Shown in pieces: positions 19,486 to 28,927 of a stretch of 52,150 nucleotides of DNA. The notes under the pieces were generated by a model. That model ran no database searches and was not told where the DNA came from. It worked only from the letters and a program-made list of their open reading frames with translations. This DNA is from a virus (Duplodnaviria > Caudoviricetes). Each line of letters begins with the position of its first letter. Positions within the stretch are counted from its first letter, which is position 1. The stretch is taken from the IMG/VR virus record IMGVR_UViG_3300024979_000007, positions 1 through 52,150 of that record, one strand, 5' to 3'. A program made the position numbers and the translations under genes.

Positions 19486-22400
19486 ATGGCACTGAATTTT
19501 TACCAGTACACAAAATCAGCTGATAAGTACGGCGCGGTCGCACAGCCGGAACCTGTTAAGCCATCGGAGCCCGGCTTGCTCAGCAATATGGGCCGCAGTG
19601 CCGCATCAGGCGCTTTGTCTGGTGTCGGTGGTATCTTTGATTTTGTTGGTGCTGACGGCATAGCCAAACAGTTCTATGGCTGGTCTGACGATGCTCGACA
19701 AAGCATGTCAGTTGAAGCTCAAGCGGATCTGGCAAAGCCGTTTTTTACCGAGAGTGACCAAGGCGAAATTCAGCTGGGCGACGGGCTCACCGATTTAGAT
19801 ACCTGGCTGCTGACCATGGCCAACGTGGCCGGCCAATTTGCACCAACTGCAATTCCTGGTGCGGGCCTTGCCAATGCCGCAACCAAAGCGCTGAAGCTCG
19901 GCGAAACCGGCGCCAAAATTGCGACAGCTGCTGGTATGGGTGCAACTGGCGGTGCATCGGCAACCGGTCAGGGGATGGAGCAGGCGCGCCAAGAATGGCT
20001 GCAGATGCCGGATGAGCTCAAGCTGCAATCTGACCTATTCAAAAACACTATCCGCGAAATGAAGCAGGCCAAGCCTGAGTTGGATGGCGAAGCTCTTTGG
20101 ACTGCGGCTGAAGATAACGTGGCTGAACGTCTGGCTTCTGAAGTTCAGACAGATCCAAAAGTGCTGCTGGCTAACTTTGCCGGATCAGCGATTGCAGATC
20201 CAATTATTGGCCGGGCATTGACCGGCGCTCGCCTGGCGAAGTCTGGCGCATTCCGCTCAGCCGCTAAAGGCTTTGCGATTGAAGGTGGCACGGAGGCAGG
20301 TCAGGCGGCTGTTCAGGAGTACGGCATCAATCAGGCTCTGTCTCAGGTTGATGGTCGTGATCCAATGGACGGAGTTGCCATTGCCGCACTCAATGAAGGT
20401 GTCGCAGGCGGTACGCTCGGCGCTGCAGCCGGTGGCGTCGGTGGTTTGCTGAACCGCAAACAAGCAGAGCCGGTTAAAGATCCAGAAGCTGACGCTATCC
20501 GCGATAAAAACCCAGACTTAGCCAGCGCATTCGATGGAATGGCGCAGTCAGCAGCACAGCGCGAATCTGATTTGCAAAGCATCATCGGCGGCATGCCAGC
20601 AATCAGCCAACCAGCACTTGAAGGTGAGTTGCTGGATCCGGAGCAGGCCGCAGGCCCGAACTACAACCCGAACCAAATCGGCATGCAGGCGCGCATCGGT
20701 GGCCCTACAGTCCCGCGCATTACTCAGAAAGATGTCATCTTTGCTGCCGATGGCCGCACTGAAGCTGAACGCAATCCTGCAATGGAAGGTGAGTGGTTAA
20801 GCCCGGAGCAACGAGCAGCCAATGCAGCTGCAGGCTTTATTGAAAATGCACCGATTGATCTGGAATCTGAGCAGGTCAAACAAGCAAAGGCCGAAATGGA
20901 GCGGATGCGAAACCAGCCGCGGCAGATCGCAGACAAAAACATCATCTTTGCTGGTGATGGCCGGCCGCAGCAGGCAACGCAGGAATTTACCGACAACCTG
21001 CATAGCCAGGCTAATGAAGCGGCATCAGTCCCGCGCCTGCCACAAAAGGACATCATTTTCGCCGGTGATCAATCCGGCGTTCGCGTCAAAGGCAACGGGC
21101 AGGTATATCTATCACCGCGCGAAGCCATGACCAGCAAGCAGGCCCGCGCAATGAAGCGCAGCGGCACACCAGTTGAGGCTGTACCTTTCGGTGATGGTTG
21201 GGGCTGGCGAGTAAAAGAATCGCAGCCAGAGCAAGTTGTTCAGCCAGTTGAGCCAGCACCAATTCAGCTGATGAAAAGCGGCAGGCCATTTAGCACAGAA
21301 GCCATGATGCTCAAGAGTGTCAGCTACAAGGAAGCAGCCTCCACGGGCGCTGAGCTGGAACCAGTCAAAGTCGAAGGTGGCTTTGGTTTTCGCGTGAAAG
21401 CCCCGAGTATTTCTGATCCTGCCCCGCAAAATGCACCGGAAGTGCAGGCGCGGCCAGCTATTGATGGTCGACCAACTGGCAAAGCATCCGTTGCTACAAC
21501 GCCAGCCGGTCGTGATATCGATGTTGAATACCAGGTCGTTGAAGCGAACTCGCTGATCACTTCTAATCTGGAAGATGGCCGGAGCAATCCGGATTTTCCA
21601 CCAGAGCTTCAGCCGCGTGACCGCAGTCGTGCAGCAAGTATGGATCAGATCAACCGTATCGCCGGTGCGGTAAATCCGCGCCTGCTGGCTGAAAGCCCGA
21701 CGACTTCGGACGGCGCGCCAATCATTTCAGCAGATGGCATTGTGGAATCTGGCAATGGCCGCAGCTTAGGTATTCGAAAAGCATACCGCCAGGGTGGTGC
21801 AGAAGGTTACCGGCAATGGCTGAGTGAAAACGGCTACAACGTCGATGGCATGAAACAGCCGGTGCTGGTTCGCGTCCGCCGGACTGAGCTGTCACCAGAG
21901 GACCGGCTGGCATACATCAAAGAATCAAACCAGCGCACCACTTTGGAAATGTCTGCCACTGAGCAGGCTGCATCGGATGCGTCGAAGATGTCAGGCGTGG
22001 TTGCCGACTACATAGGCGGCGAAATCACATCTGCTGAAAACCGGAGCTTTGTGCGTAAGTTCATGCAGAACGTAGCCGGCGAAGCCGAGCGCGGTGGTCT
22101 GATGGACTCAAGCGGCGTGCTGTCACAAAATGGCCGGCGCCGGATTGAGGCAGCTCTGCTGTCTGCGGCTTACGGTGATGATGGTATCGTGGCTGAAGTG
22201 TTTGAAAGCGGCGATACGGATATCAAAGCAATCGGCGGTGCACTGCTTGATGCTGCCGGCAAGTGGGCTCAGATGCGAAATGCTGGGCGCGATGGCATGA
22301 TTGCCGATGGTATGGATGTTACCCCGTTCCTGCTGGAAGCAGTGAATCTGATCCGGCGTGCTCGGGGTGAGGGCAAGGCGCTGATTGAACTGGTCAGCAC

Positions 22401-25400
22401 TGATGACATATTTAGCGGTTCACTCCCTGATGCAACTCGCGCCTGGTTGTCTATCTTTTATCGTGGCGATACGCTGTCACGCGCTCGCGGTCGTGATAAG
22501 GTTGCAGAGTATTTAATTGGCTATGCAAATGAAGCATTAAAAACACAGCCTGGTGATGGGCTTTTCGGTGACGTTGTAACGTCAGATCAAGTAATGGGAG
22601 CGCTTAATGAGCGAATCACAAACCAAGAAGGCAGCGGCGCCCAGCAAGGCGGATTGTTCACCACTGGCAATGCAGGTAATGGTGAAACTGGGCCGAGAAC
22701 GAGCCGAGAAGGACAAGGATCCAGTGCTGAACGCTCTAATGGACCAGATCGAGAGCAACCAGAAAAGCCCGCAGTAAACGCTGAACCCACTACCCAGACC
22801 CCGGCCGATGCCGGGGTTTCTGTTTCTGAGCCTTTGGAACGTATCGACGACTTTGGCGAGAAGCTTGGTGGTGCTCGCAAAGATGTTTGGGCCGGCTTCT
22901 CTGAGGCGGTAAGCGGCGAAGTTGATACAAGAGAGCTGCCGCTGTCTAAATCATTCCCTGAGCCAGACTATGTGAAGATGGCTGCTGATGGCGTATCAAT
23001 GGAAACGCTGGCCATCATCGCAGCTATGCGCTCTGAAATTCCAGCTAAGCCGCGTGTCTCGTACAAAGTCAGGCGCTGGGCTGAGAAAGTTGATGTATTG
23101 CGTAACTTTGCCCGGGATCTGATTAGCGGCGAACTGACGCCGGACCAAGTGATTGCTGCTATGTTCAAAAGTGGCGGCGAACTTCAGGCGATGGCTGATG
23201 CTATCCCTGCAATCGCTCAGGCCAATCCTGAAACTATCAAGTTTGCTGCAAAGTACCGGCTTGGCTCAGGTTCGTTCAGCATGTTTCGCGGTCAGGAATA
23301 TCGACCATCAAAGACCTTTTACTACCCACAAAATGGCGGCACAGAAATTCTTGATTTGGCCAGCCCAGATAAGCAGGGCGCGCTGGATAACTTGGTGAAA
23401 CTGATCAAGGCAGAAGCCGCGGCGAATCCTGAAACTGCCGGGCAAAAGCAAAGCAAGATTTCAATCTACACCGACCGCTCTACGAAGCAAATCTACCTTG
23501 GATGGGCGGGTGGCAGCGGCGTGCTGCGGATCCAAGATTTCGCTACCGTCAACGAAGCACGCGAATATCTAAAATCCAACCGTGCTGATGTGGAAGCCAA
23601 GCTGAAGCAACTTAAGCAAGTGCCTGAGATGCGCCGGCCAGAGAACAGGAAGCGGGTCGGGCCTCCGCGCTTTGCAGGCAGTATCACGCCAGCAATTTTT
23701 GCAGATACCTTTGGTTTCAGAGGCGTTGAGTTTGGTAATTGGGTAGAGCAGGGGAAGCGGCAGCGAGATCTTAACGAAGCCTATGATGCGCTCATGGATC
23801 TTGCCGATGTACTTGGCGTCCCGCCAAAAGCACTGGCTTTAAATGGCGAGCTTGGCATGGCATTCGGTGCTCGCGGAAAAGGCGCTGCAACAACTATCAA
23901 AGCTGCTGCTCACTACGAGCCGTCTTATGTGGCAATCAATTTAACCAAAGAGTCAGGGGCCGGTTCGCTGGCACATGAATGGTGGCACGCGGTTGATAAC
24001 TACTTTGCGCGACTGTCTGGTAATCCAAACAGCTTTGTGACCGAAGGCGGCAACATCCGTGGTGGTGACTTGCGGCAAGAAGTGCGCGATGCTTTCACAG
24101 CACTCATTTTGGCTATTCGAAAAACCAAGATGTTTCAGCGTGCATCAACGCTTGATTCGCGGCGTAGTAAGCCTTACTGGTCGTCAGAAATCGAAGCATC
24201 AGCCAGATCCTTTGAAACATTCATCATTACAGAACTGGAAGCTAAAGGGTTTAGCAATGACTACCTGGCAAACGTAGTTGATCCGGAAGTGTGGGGCGCA
24301 GTCGAATCAGCAGAGCAGACTTACCCGTACCCAACCAAGTCTGAGCAGGAGATCATCAATCCAGCTTTCAGGGCATTCTTTGATACGTTGCAGACCAAAG
24401 AAACTGATAAAGGCGTGATGCTTTTCAGTAAATCCGTCAGCAAAGCTGATGCTGAGCAATATCGGATTGAACTTGCAGACAGTTTGCGATCTTTGAAATC
24501 AAATGTTCCTGTGATTCGCATCGGGAAAACGCCAGACATACTCATTAGACTTGGTGTTCCTGAATTGGATTTAGGGATTTGGCGTGACACTGTTAGGAAG
24601 GCGACTAACGGTATAAAACATTCAGTGTCGATGAAAGATATTGAATTACTGCCAGAGCATCTGAGCGATCCGGTCGCTGTCTTTAAATCGAAAAGTCACG
24701 GAAAAGTGATACTAATTGATGCCGTCGATTCGAATGGAGATCCGGTAGTAGCGGCTATCCATTTAGAGCAGAAGGAGGGGCGGCAATTAGTCATTAATCG
24801 AGTTGCAAGTATTTATGGGAAAGAGAATGCAGCAACTGCATTGGCAGGATTTGAGCTTGAGTACATTGATAAAAACAAAAACCCCGAGCTGGTACGGCAT
24901 CTTGGTCTAATTCCAAGGAGCGGTTCACCTTCACGGGGTTCTGGCGAAAATGTACTCACCAAGGACGATCTTGTCAAGGAAAACCCTGACATCCAGTTCA
25001 CTCAACAAAACACCATCAAAGCAAAGCCGGCGCGCGGCGTGAATGCCAAACTGGCTAAGCAGATGGTGTCCAGCATTATGAAGCGCTTGAATGGTGCGGC
25101 CGGCATTAAAGTTGTCGTGCTGGAGACTCAAGCTGAAGCCGAGAAGCTGTGGCAAATGTCGCTGTCTGGTGACCTGGTACGTGGCGCCTACAACCGTGCA
25201 ACCAATACCGCCTATGTGATTGCCGAAAACGTGAAGTCACTGGATGAATTGCGGGAAGTGCTGGCGCACGAAGTCATTGGCCATGGTGGCCTGCAGAATG
25301 TGATCAGCAAAGCCGATTACACCGCATTCATTGACCGCCTGAAACAGACTCGGAACAACCGAGCCTTTGCAAAGCAGTGGGCTCAGATTGATAACGACTA

Positions 25401-28257
25401 TGACGGATTCAGCGAAAACGACAAAGCCGAGGAACTGTTCGCCTACTTTGTTCAGAACAAGCCAGTCACCGGCCCAGTGAAGTTCTGGTGGAATGCACTC
25501 AAACGGTTCCTGCACAAAGCCTTGGTTAAGGCCGGTCTGGCGAAAGCTGGTGATCCGGATGTTGAGGCTATGCAGGATATGCTGGAGTCGATTCGTGCCG
25601 GCTTTATGTTTAGCCGCGCCGTTACCGTGACTGGGGCTGACTCCGAGTTGGCATTCAGCAAAACCCGCACCACAGAACAGGCCGATGCACTGGGCAAACT
25701 GGGGCTTGGTGAAGAGGCTGCAGAAACTGTGGCCGAGCAAGCTAAGCGCCGAGCCAATGAAACTGTCGACACGCTGAAAAGCAGCTCATTCTGGAAGCGG
25801 TTGAATGAAGGTATCTTCGATGGCCTGTATGGTATTAAGCAGGCTGAAGAAGCTGCAGGCATCACGGATCCAAACAAACAAGGCTATGTGTCTGCCCGGC
25901 TGGCGTCTGGCCTGTCCGATATCCTGCACGGTGTTTTCCACTATGGCGCGCCAGTTTGGAAAGATGGCGTTGTGCAGCGCAAAGCTGATACCAAAGGCTT
26001 GTTGGAAGTATTCGGCATGCTGGGCGATGACCTGAACGAATGGCTGGCATGGATGGGCGCCAATCGAGCAGAGCGCTTAATGGCTGAAGGCCGCGAGAAC
26101 AATCTGAGTCAGGCTGACATTGACGAACTCAAAGCAATGGCGGCTGGCAAAGAGGCGTTGTTTGAGCAGGTCCGGCAGGAATACAACAAGATCAATAGCT
26201 CCATCATTGACCTGGCTGAAGAGGTTGGGCTGTTAAGCGCGGAGCAGCGCGGTGATTTTGATGAAGAGTGGTACGTGCCGTTTTTCCGCAACATGGAAGA
26301 AGAAGTGGATCCGGAAATGTCCGGCATTGCCGCTATGGTCCATGGCCCGCGCAGCCGCAAGGGCATTGCGGGTCAATCCGCGCAAATCAAAGAGCTGAAG
26401 GGCGGGCGCCAGTCCACGAAAGACTTGCTGGAGAACATCATCCATCGCCAGTCAACCATGATTGATGCTGCCATCAAGAATAAAGCCATGGCCGAAGTGG
26501 TGAGCAATCTGGAAGGCACGCCATTCATGCAGGCAGTTGATAGCCCGGACATTGCAGCGCTGAGCCAGACCGAGCTGAACTTGCTGCAGAAAGTGAAGGT
26601 TATGCGTAACGGCAAAGCTGAGGCGTACACAGTCACGGATCCGGCACTGCTGCGTGGTCTGCTGCAAATCCACACCATTGGCAACCAATCGCTGTTCAAC
26701 CGCATGGCCCGCAGTGCAAAGCGGTTCCTGACCGCTGGTATCACTTTGAGCCCTGATTTCATCATCAAGAACTTTGTGCGCGATGCGGCACATGCCTGGA
26801 TGATCAACAAAGACGGTTTCCGGTTTGGCGCTGACTCAGTGGCCGGCCTTCGCAAAGCATTCGCTGAAGATGAAGCATACCGGGATCTGATTTTCTCGGG
26901 TGCTGCATTCCAAGGCGGCTACGTCCATGGGGCAGATCCGGAAGCTGCAGCGCAGCAGGTTCGCCGGGCACTTCGCAGTAAAGGTCTGGGCGAGGCTGAT
27001 ATCCAGTCATACATGGAAAGTCTGATCACAAAAGGTGGTCAGCTGCTGGAAGCGTACCGCACTGCGTCAGATAAGGTGGAGAACGCCAACCGGTTGAGCA
27101 CCTATGAAGCAGCGTTGGCCGGTGGCAAGTCTCGCCGGCAGGCTGCGTATGAGGCGAAAGACCTGATGGATTATTCGCTCAAAGGCAACTTTGCGCTGAT
27201 CGGCACCATGATTGATATGCTGCCTTTCTTCAATGCCCGGCTGCAGGGTATGAGCAAACTGGTCCGCGCTATGAAAGCCGGTGAAGGTGACCGCGTATTG
27301 AAAGTGCTGAGTGCCAATTTGGCAATGAAGGGCTTGAAGGTTGCCGCATTCAGCCTGGCACTTGCCGCGATGAATGACGACGACGAGCGCTATCAGGAAT
27401 TGCCGGACTGGGATAAGGACGCAAACTGGCACTTCTTTATTGGTGATGAACACTTCCGGATCCCGAAACCTTTCGAGCTGGGCATTCTGTTCGGCACCAT
27501 GCCTGAGCGGATGTTCCACTATGCGGCCGGCAGTCAGCCAGGCGGTGACTTGGGCAAAGCCGCAGCGCACGCCGTGTGGAATACGCTGGCACTGAACCCA
27601 ATCCCTCAGCTGGCGCTGCCGGTTGTTGAAGTGATGACGAACAAGTCATTCTTTAAAGGCAGTCAGATTGAAGGTATGGGCGATGCACAGCGCAAACCAG
27701 AGGACCGGTATAACGCCTACACCAGCGAAACCGCGAAACAAATTGGCGCGGCGTTTGGTGTAAGCCCGAAAATGGTTGAGCACTTGATCCTTGGCTACAC
27801 CGGCACCCTGGGTGGATATGTGCTGGGCATGTCCGACATTGCTGCGCGGCAGATGCTGGGCATTGAAGCTGCTGATACACCAATCAGTCGCTATCCGGTG
27901 ATCAAGGCGTTCTATCAGGGGGATGCACCGAAAACCGCAACCAAGTTCCAAGACGAGTTTTACAAGGCTCTGGAGGACGCCGCTGAAGCGCATGGCAGTT
28001 ATAAGCGCGCGGTCGAAGAGGGTGATGTGGTACGCCAGCAAGATCTGAAAGAATCAGAGTCACAAGCATTGGGCGCCCGGGTTGCGCTGAACCGGATCCA
28101 ACGTCGACTGAGTGAGCTGAACAAGCAGGCTGAGCTGGTGAACAATAATCAGAGTCTGAGCGGTGCGCAAAAACGGCAGAAGTTGGACGATATTACCAAG
28201 CGGAAAAACGAGCTGTATCAAAACGCCTATCTGCGTCATAAGCTGGGTGAGTGGTGA
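19486..28257 (+). CDS. Giant polyvalent virion/ejection protein (DdrB-like ParB, LPD5-like, LPD1, MuF-C-like, zincin-like and LPD38 domains)
   Basis: LQPRDR..GAPII..VESGNGR; IDDFGEKLGGARKD; FGFRGVEFGNW..LAHEWWHAVD..YPYP; IGKTP..L.DPVAVFKS..INRVASIYGK; LAHEVIGH; LPDWDKD..RIPKPFELG. Confidence 0.88.
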   Translation: MALNFYQYTKSADKYGAVAQPEPVKPSEPGLLSNMGRSAASGALSGVGGIFDFVGADGIAKQFYGWSDDARQSMSVEAQADLAKPFFTESDQGEIQLGDGLTDLDTWLLTMANVAGQFAPTAIPGAGLANAATKALKLGETGAKIATAAGMGATGGASATGQGMEQARQEWLQMPDELKLQSDLFKNTIREMKQAKPELDGEALWTAAEDNVAERLASEVQTDPKVLLANFAGSAIADPIIGRALTGARLAKSGAFRSAAKGFAIEGGTEAGQAAVQEYGINQALSQVDGRDPMDGVAIAALNEGVAGGTLGAAAGGVGGLLNRKQAEPVKDPEADAIRDKNPDLASAFDGMAQSAAQRESDLQSIIGGMPAISQPALEGELLDPEQAAGPNYNPNQIGMQARIGGPTVPRITQKDVIFAADGRTEAERNPAMEGEWLSPEQRAANAAAGFIENAPIDLESEQVKQAKAEMERMRNQPRQIADKNIIFAGDGRPQQATQEFTDNLHSQANEAASVPRLPQKDIIFAGDQSGVRVKGNGQVYLSPREAMTSKQARAMKRSGTPVEAVPFGDGWGWRVKESQPEQVVQPVEPAPIQLMKSGRPFSTEAMMLKSVSYKEAASTGAELEPVKVEGGFGFRVKAPSISDPAPQNAPEVQARPAIDGRPTGKASVATTPAGRDIDVEYQVVEANSLITSNLEDGRSNPDFPPELQPRDRSRAASMDQINRIAGAVNPRLLAESPTTSDGAPIISADGIVESGNGRSLGIRKAYRQGGAEGYRQWLSENGYNVDGMKQPVLVRVRRTELSPEDRLAYIKESNQRTTLEMSATEQAASDASKMSGVVADYIGGEITSAENRSFVRKFMQNVAGEAERGGLMDSSGVLSQNGRRRIEAALLSAAYGDDGIVAEVFESGDTDIKAIGGALLDAAGKWAQMRNAGRDGMIADGMDVTPFLLEAVNLIRRARGEGKALIELVSTDDIFSGSLPDATRAWLSIFYRGDTLSRARGRDKVAEYLIGYANEALKTQPGDGLFGDVVTSDQVMGALNERITNQEGSGAQQGGLFTTGNAGNGETGPRTSREGQGSSAERSNGPDREQPEKPAVNAEPTTQTPADAGVSVSEPLERIDDFGEKLGGARKDVWAGFSEAVSGEVDTRELPLSKSFPEPDYVKMAADGVSMETLAIIAAMRSEIPAKPRVSYKVRRWAEKVDVLRNFARDLISGELTPDQVIAAMFKSGGELQAMADAIPAIAQANPETIKFAAKYRLGSGSFSMFRGQEYRPSKTFYYPQNGGTEILDLASPDKQGALDNLVKLIKAEAAANPETAGQKQSKISIYTDRSTKQIYLGWAGGSGVLRIQDFATVNEAREYLKSNRADVEAKLKQLKQVPEMRRPENRKRVGPPRFAGSITPAIFADTFGFRGVEFGNWVEQGKRQRDLNEAYDALMDLADVLGVPPKALALNGELGMAFGARGKGAATTIKAAAHYEPSYVAINLTKESGAGSLAHEWWHAVDNYFARLSGNPNSFVTEGGNIRGGDLRQEVRDAFTALILAIRKTKMFQRASTLDSRRSKPYWSSEIEASARSFETFIITELEAKGFSNDYLANVVDPEVWGAVESAEQTYPYPTKSEQEIINPAFRAFFDTLQTKETDKGVMLFSKSVSKADAEQYRIELADSLRSLKSNVPVIRIGKTPDILIRLGVPELDLGIWRDTVRKATNGIKHSVSMKDIELLPEHLSDPVAVFKSKSHGKVILIDAVDSNGDPVVAAIHLEQKEGRQLVINRVASIYGKENAATALAGFELEYIDKNKNPELVRHLGLIPRSGSPSRGSGENVLTKDDLVKENPDIQFTQQNTIKAKPARGVNAKLAKQMVSSIMKRLNGAAGIKVVVLETQAEAEKLWQMSLSGDLVRGAYNRATNTAYVIAENVKSLDELREVLAHEVIGHGGLQNVISKADYTAFIDRLKQTRNNRAFAKQWAQIDNDYDGFSENDKAEELFAYFVQNKPVTGPVKFWWNALKRFLHKALVKAGLAKAGDPDVEAMQDMLESIRAGFMFSRAVTVTGADSELAFSKTRTTEQADALGKLGLGEEAAETVAEQAKRRANETVDTLKSSSFWKRLNEGIFDGLYGIKQAEEAAGITDPNKQGYVSARLASGLSDILHGVFHYGAPVWKDGVVQRKADTKGLLEVFGMLGDDLNEWLAWMGANRAERLMAEGRENNLSQADIDELKAMAAGKEALFEQVRQEYNKINSSIIDLAEEVGLLSAEQRGDFDEEWYVPFFRNMEEEVDPEMSGIAAMVHGPRSRKGIAGQSAQIKELKGGRQSTKDLLENIIHRQSTMIDAAIKNKAMAEVVSNLEGTPFMQAVDSPDIAALSQTELNLLQKVKVMRNGKAEAYTVTDPALLRGLLQIHTIGNQSLFNRMARSAKRFLTAGITLSPDFIIKNFVRDAAHAWMINKDGFRFGADSVAGLRKAFAEDEAYRDLIFSGAAFQGGYVHGADPEAAAQQVRRALRSKGLGEADIQSYMESLITKGGQLLEAYRTASDKVENANRLSTYEAALAGGKSRRQAAYEAKDLMDYSLKGNFALIGTMIDMLPFFNARLQGMSKLVRAMKAGEGDRVLKVLSANLAMKGLKVAAFSLALAAMNDDDERYQELPDWDKDANWHFFIGDEHFRIPKPFELGILFGTMPERMFHYAAGSQPGGDLGKAAAHAVWNTLALNPIPQLALPVVEVMTNKSFFKGSQIEGMGDAQRKPEDRYNAYTSETAKQIGAAFGVSPKMVEHLILGYTGTLGGYVLGMSDIAARQMLGIEAADTPISRYPVIKAFYQGDAPKTATKFQDEFYKALEDAAEAHGSYKRAVEEGDVVRQQDLKESESQALGARVALNRIQRRLSELNKQAELVNNNQSLSGAQKRQKLDDITKRKNELYQNAYLRHKLGEW

Positions 28258-28473
28258 TCACCCAGCAATAATAAGTACAACCATTCCAATCAGGCCAGAC
28301 AGTAGGAATAGGTTTTCCGCCTGCTCGCGCTGCCTTGCCCCTTTCTTCCCGCCCCAATCCCCAAACCCGATATATAGCCCAATCCCAATAAGCGGCATGC
28401 CAATCAACCAGGTCAGGTTCTGGCCGGCAGCGAATCCGCCGATCACTAAAAAAAGCATAATGATAATGTGCAT
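28258..28473 (-). CDS. Small membrane protein next to attP (start could be as far up as 28536)
   Basis: Three hydrophobic segments; convergent with the giant gene. Confidence 0.6.
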   Translation of the reverse strand: MHIIIMLFLVIGGFAAGQNLTWLIGMPLIGIGLYIGFGDWGGKKGARQREQAENLFLLSGLIGMVVLIIAG

Positions 28474-28599
28474 CGTGAACCCATCCGAAAAACACTGGTC
28501 ATTAAACATACCTATGCCGTGACTAAGTTCAACCACCCTGAGTGACTGAATTATAAATTTCCACCGACAGTACTGGTCAGGCTAAAATGATCGCAATGC

Positions 28600-28927
28600 T
28601 TAGGGGGTACTTTTCGCTTTGATTACATACTGGTGTACATAAAAGCGAATTGGCTTAGATCTTTCTCATAAAAAACTAATGGAATCAATCATGTCTGAGA
28701 ACTGGCAAGAATTTACCGAAGGAAGCCTTGCTGCGATTTCAGAACATTTCACGCTATAACATCCAGTTTCGCGGATCCTTCCAAGGGTCCGCTTTTCCAA
28801 CCACTTAGCCTCATCAGTTTCATTCAAAACATTTCACATCGTTTCAGATAGTGACTGCAGAAATGTGTACATCCTTGATTGCAGAATTGCTATATTCTGG
28901 ACACTGTGTACAGAATGAGTTTTCAAA
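28600..28927. other. Probable attP region
   Basis: Non-coding gap before int; GTGTACA repeats near 28633, 28865 and 28906 (arm-type-like); phased TTTCA repeats at 28737-28847. Confidence 0.65.
28771..28796 (+). terminator. Intrinsic terminator within attP
   Basis: GCGGATCCTT-CC-AAGGGTCCGC-TTTT. Confidence 0.65.

Noticed and set aside
28691-28759. 22-aa ORF MSENWQEF... in attP
   Set aside because: No clear RBS, and it runs through the repeat sites; not supportable without homologues
28695-28825. Hammerhead-like CTGATGA...GAAAC on the minus strand in attP
   Set aside because: Stem II does not close next to the core and stem I cannot pair; the matches come from the TTTCA repeats and the terminator
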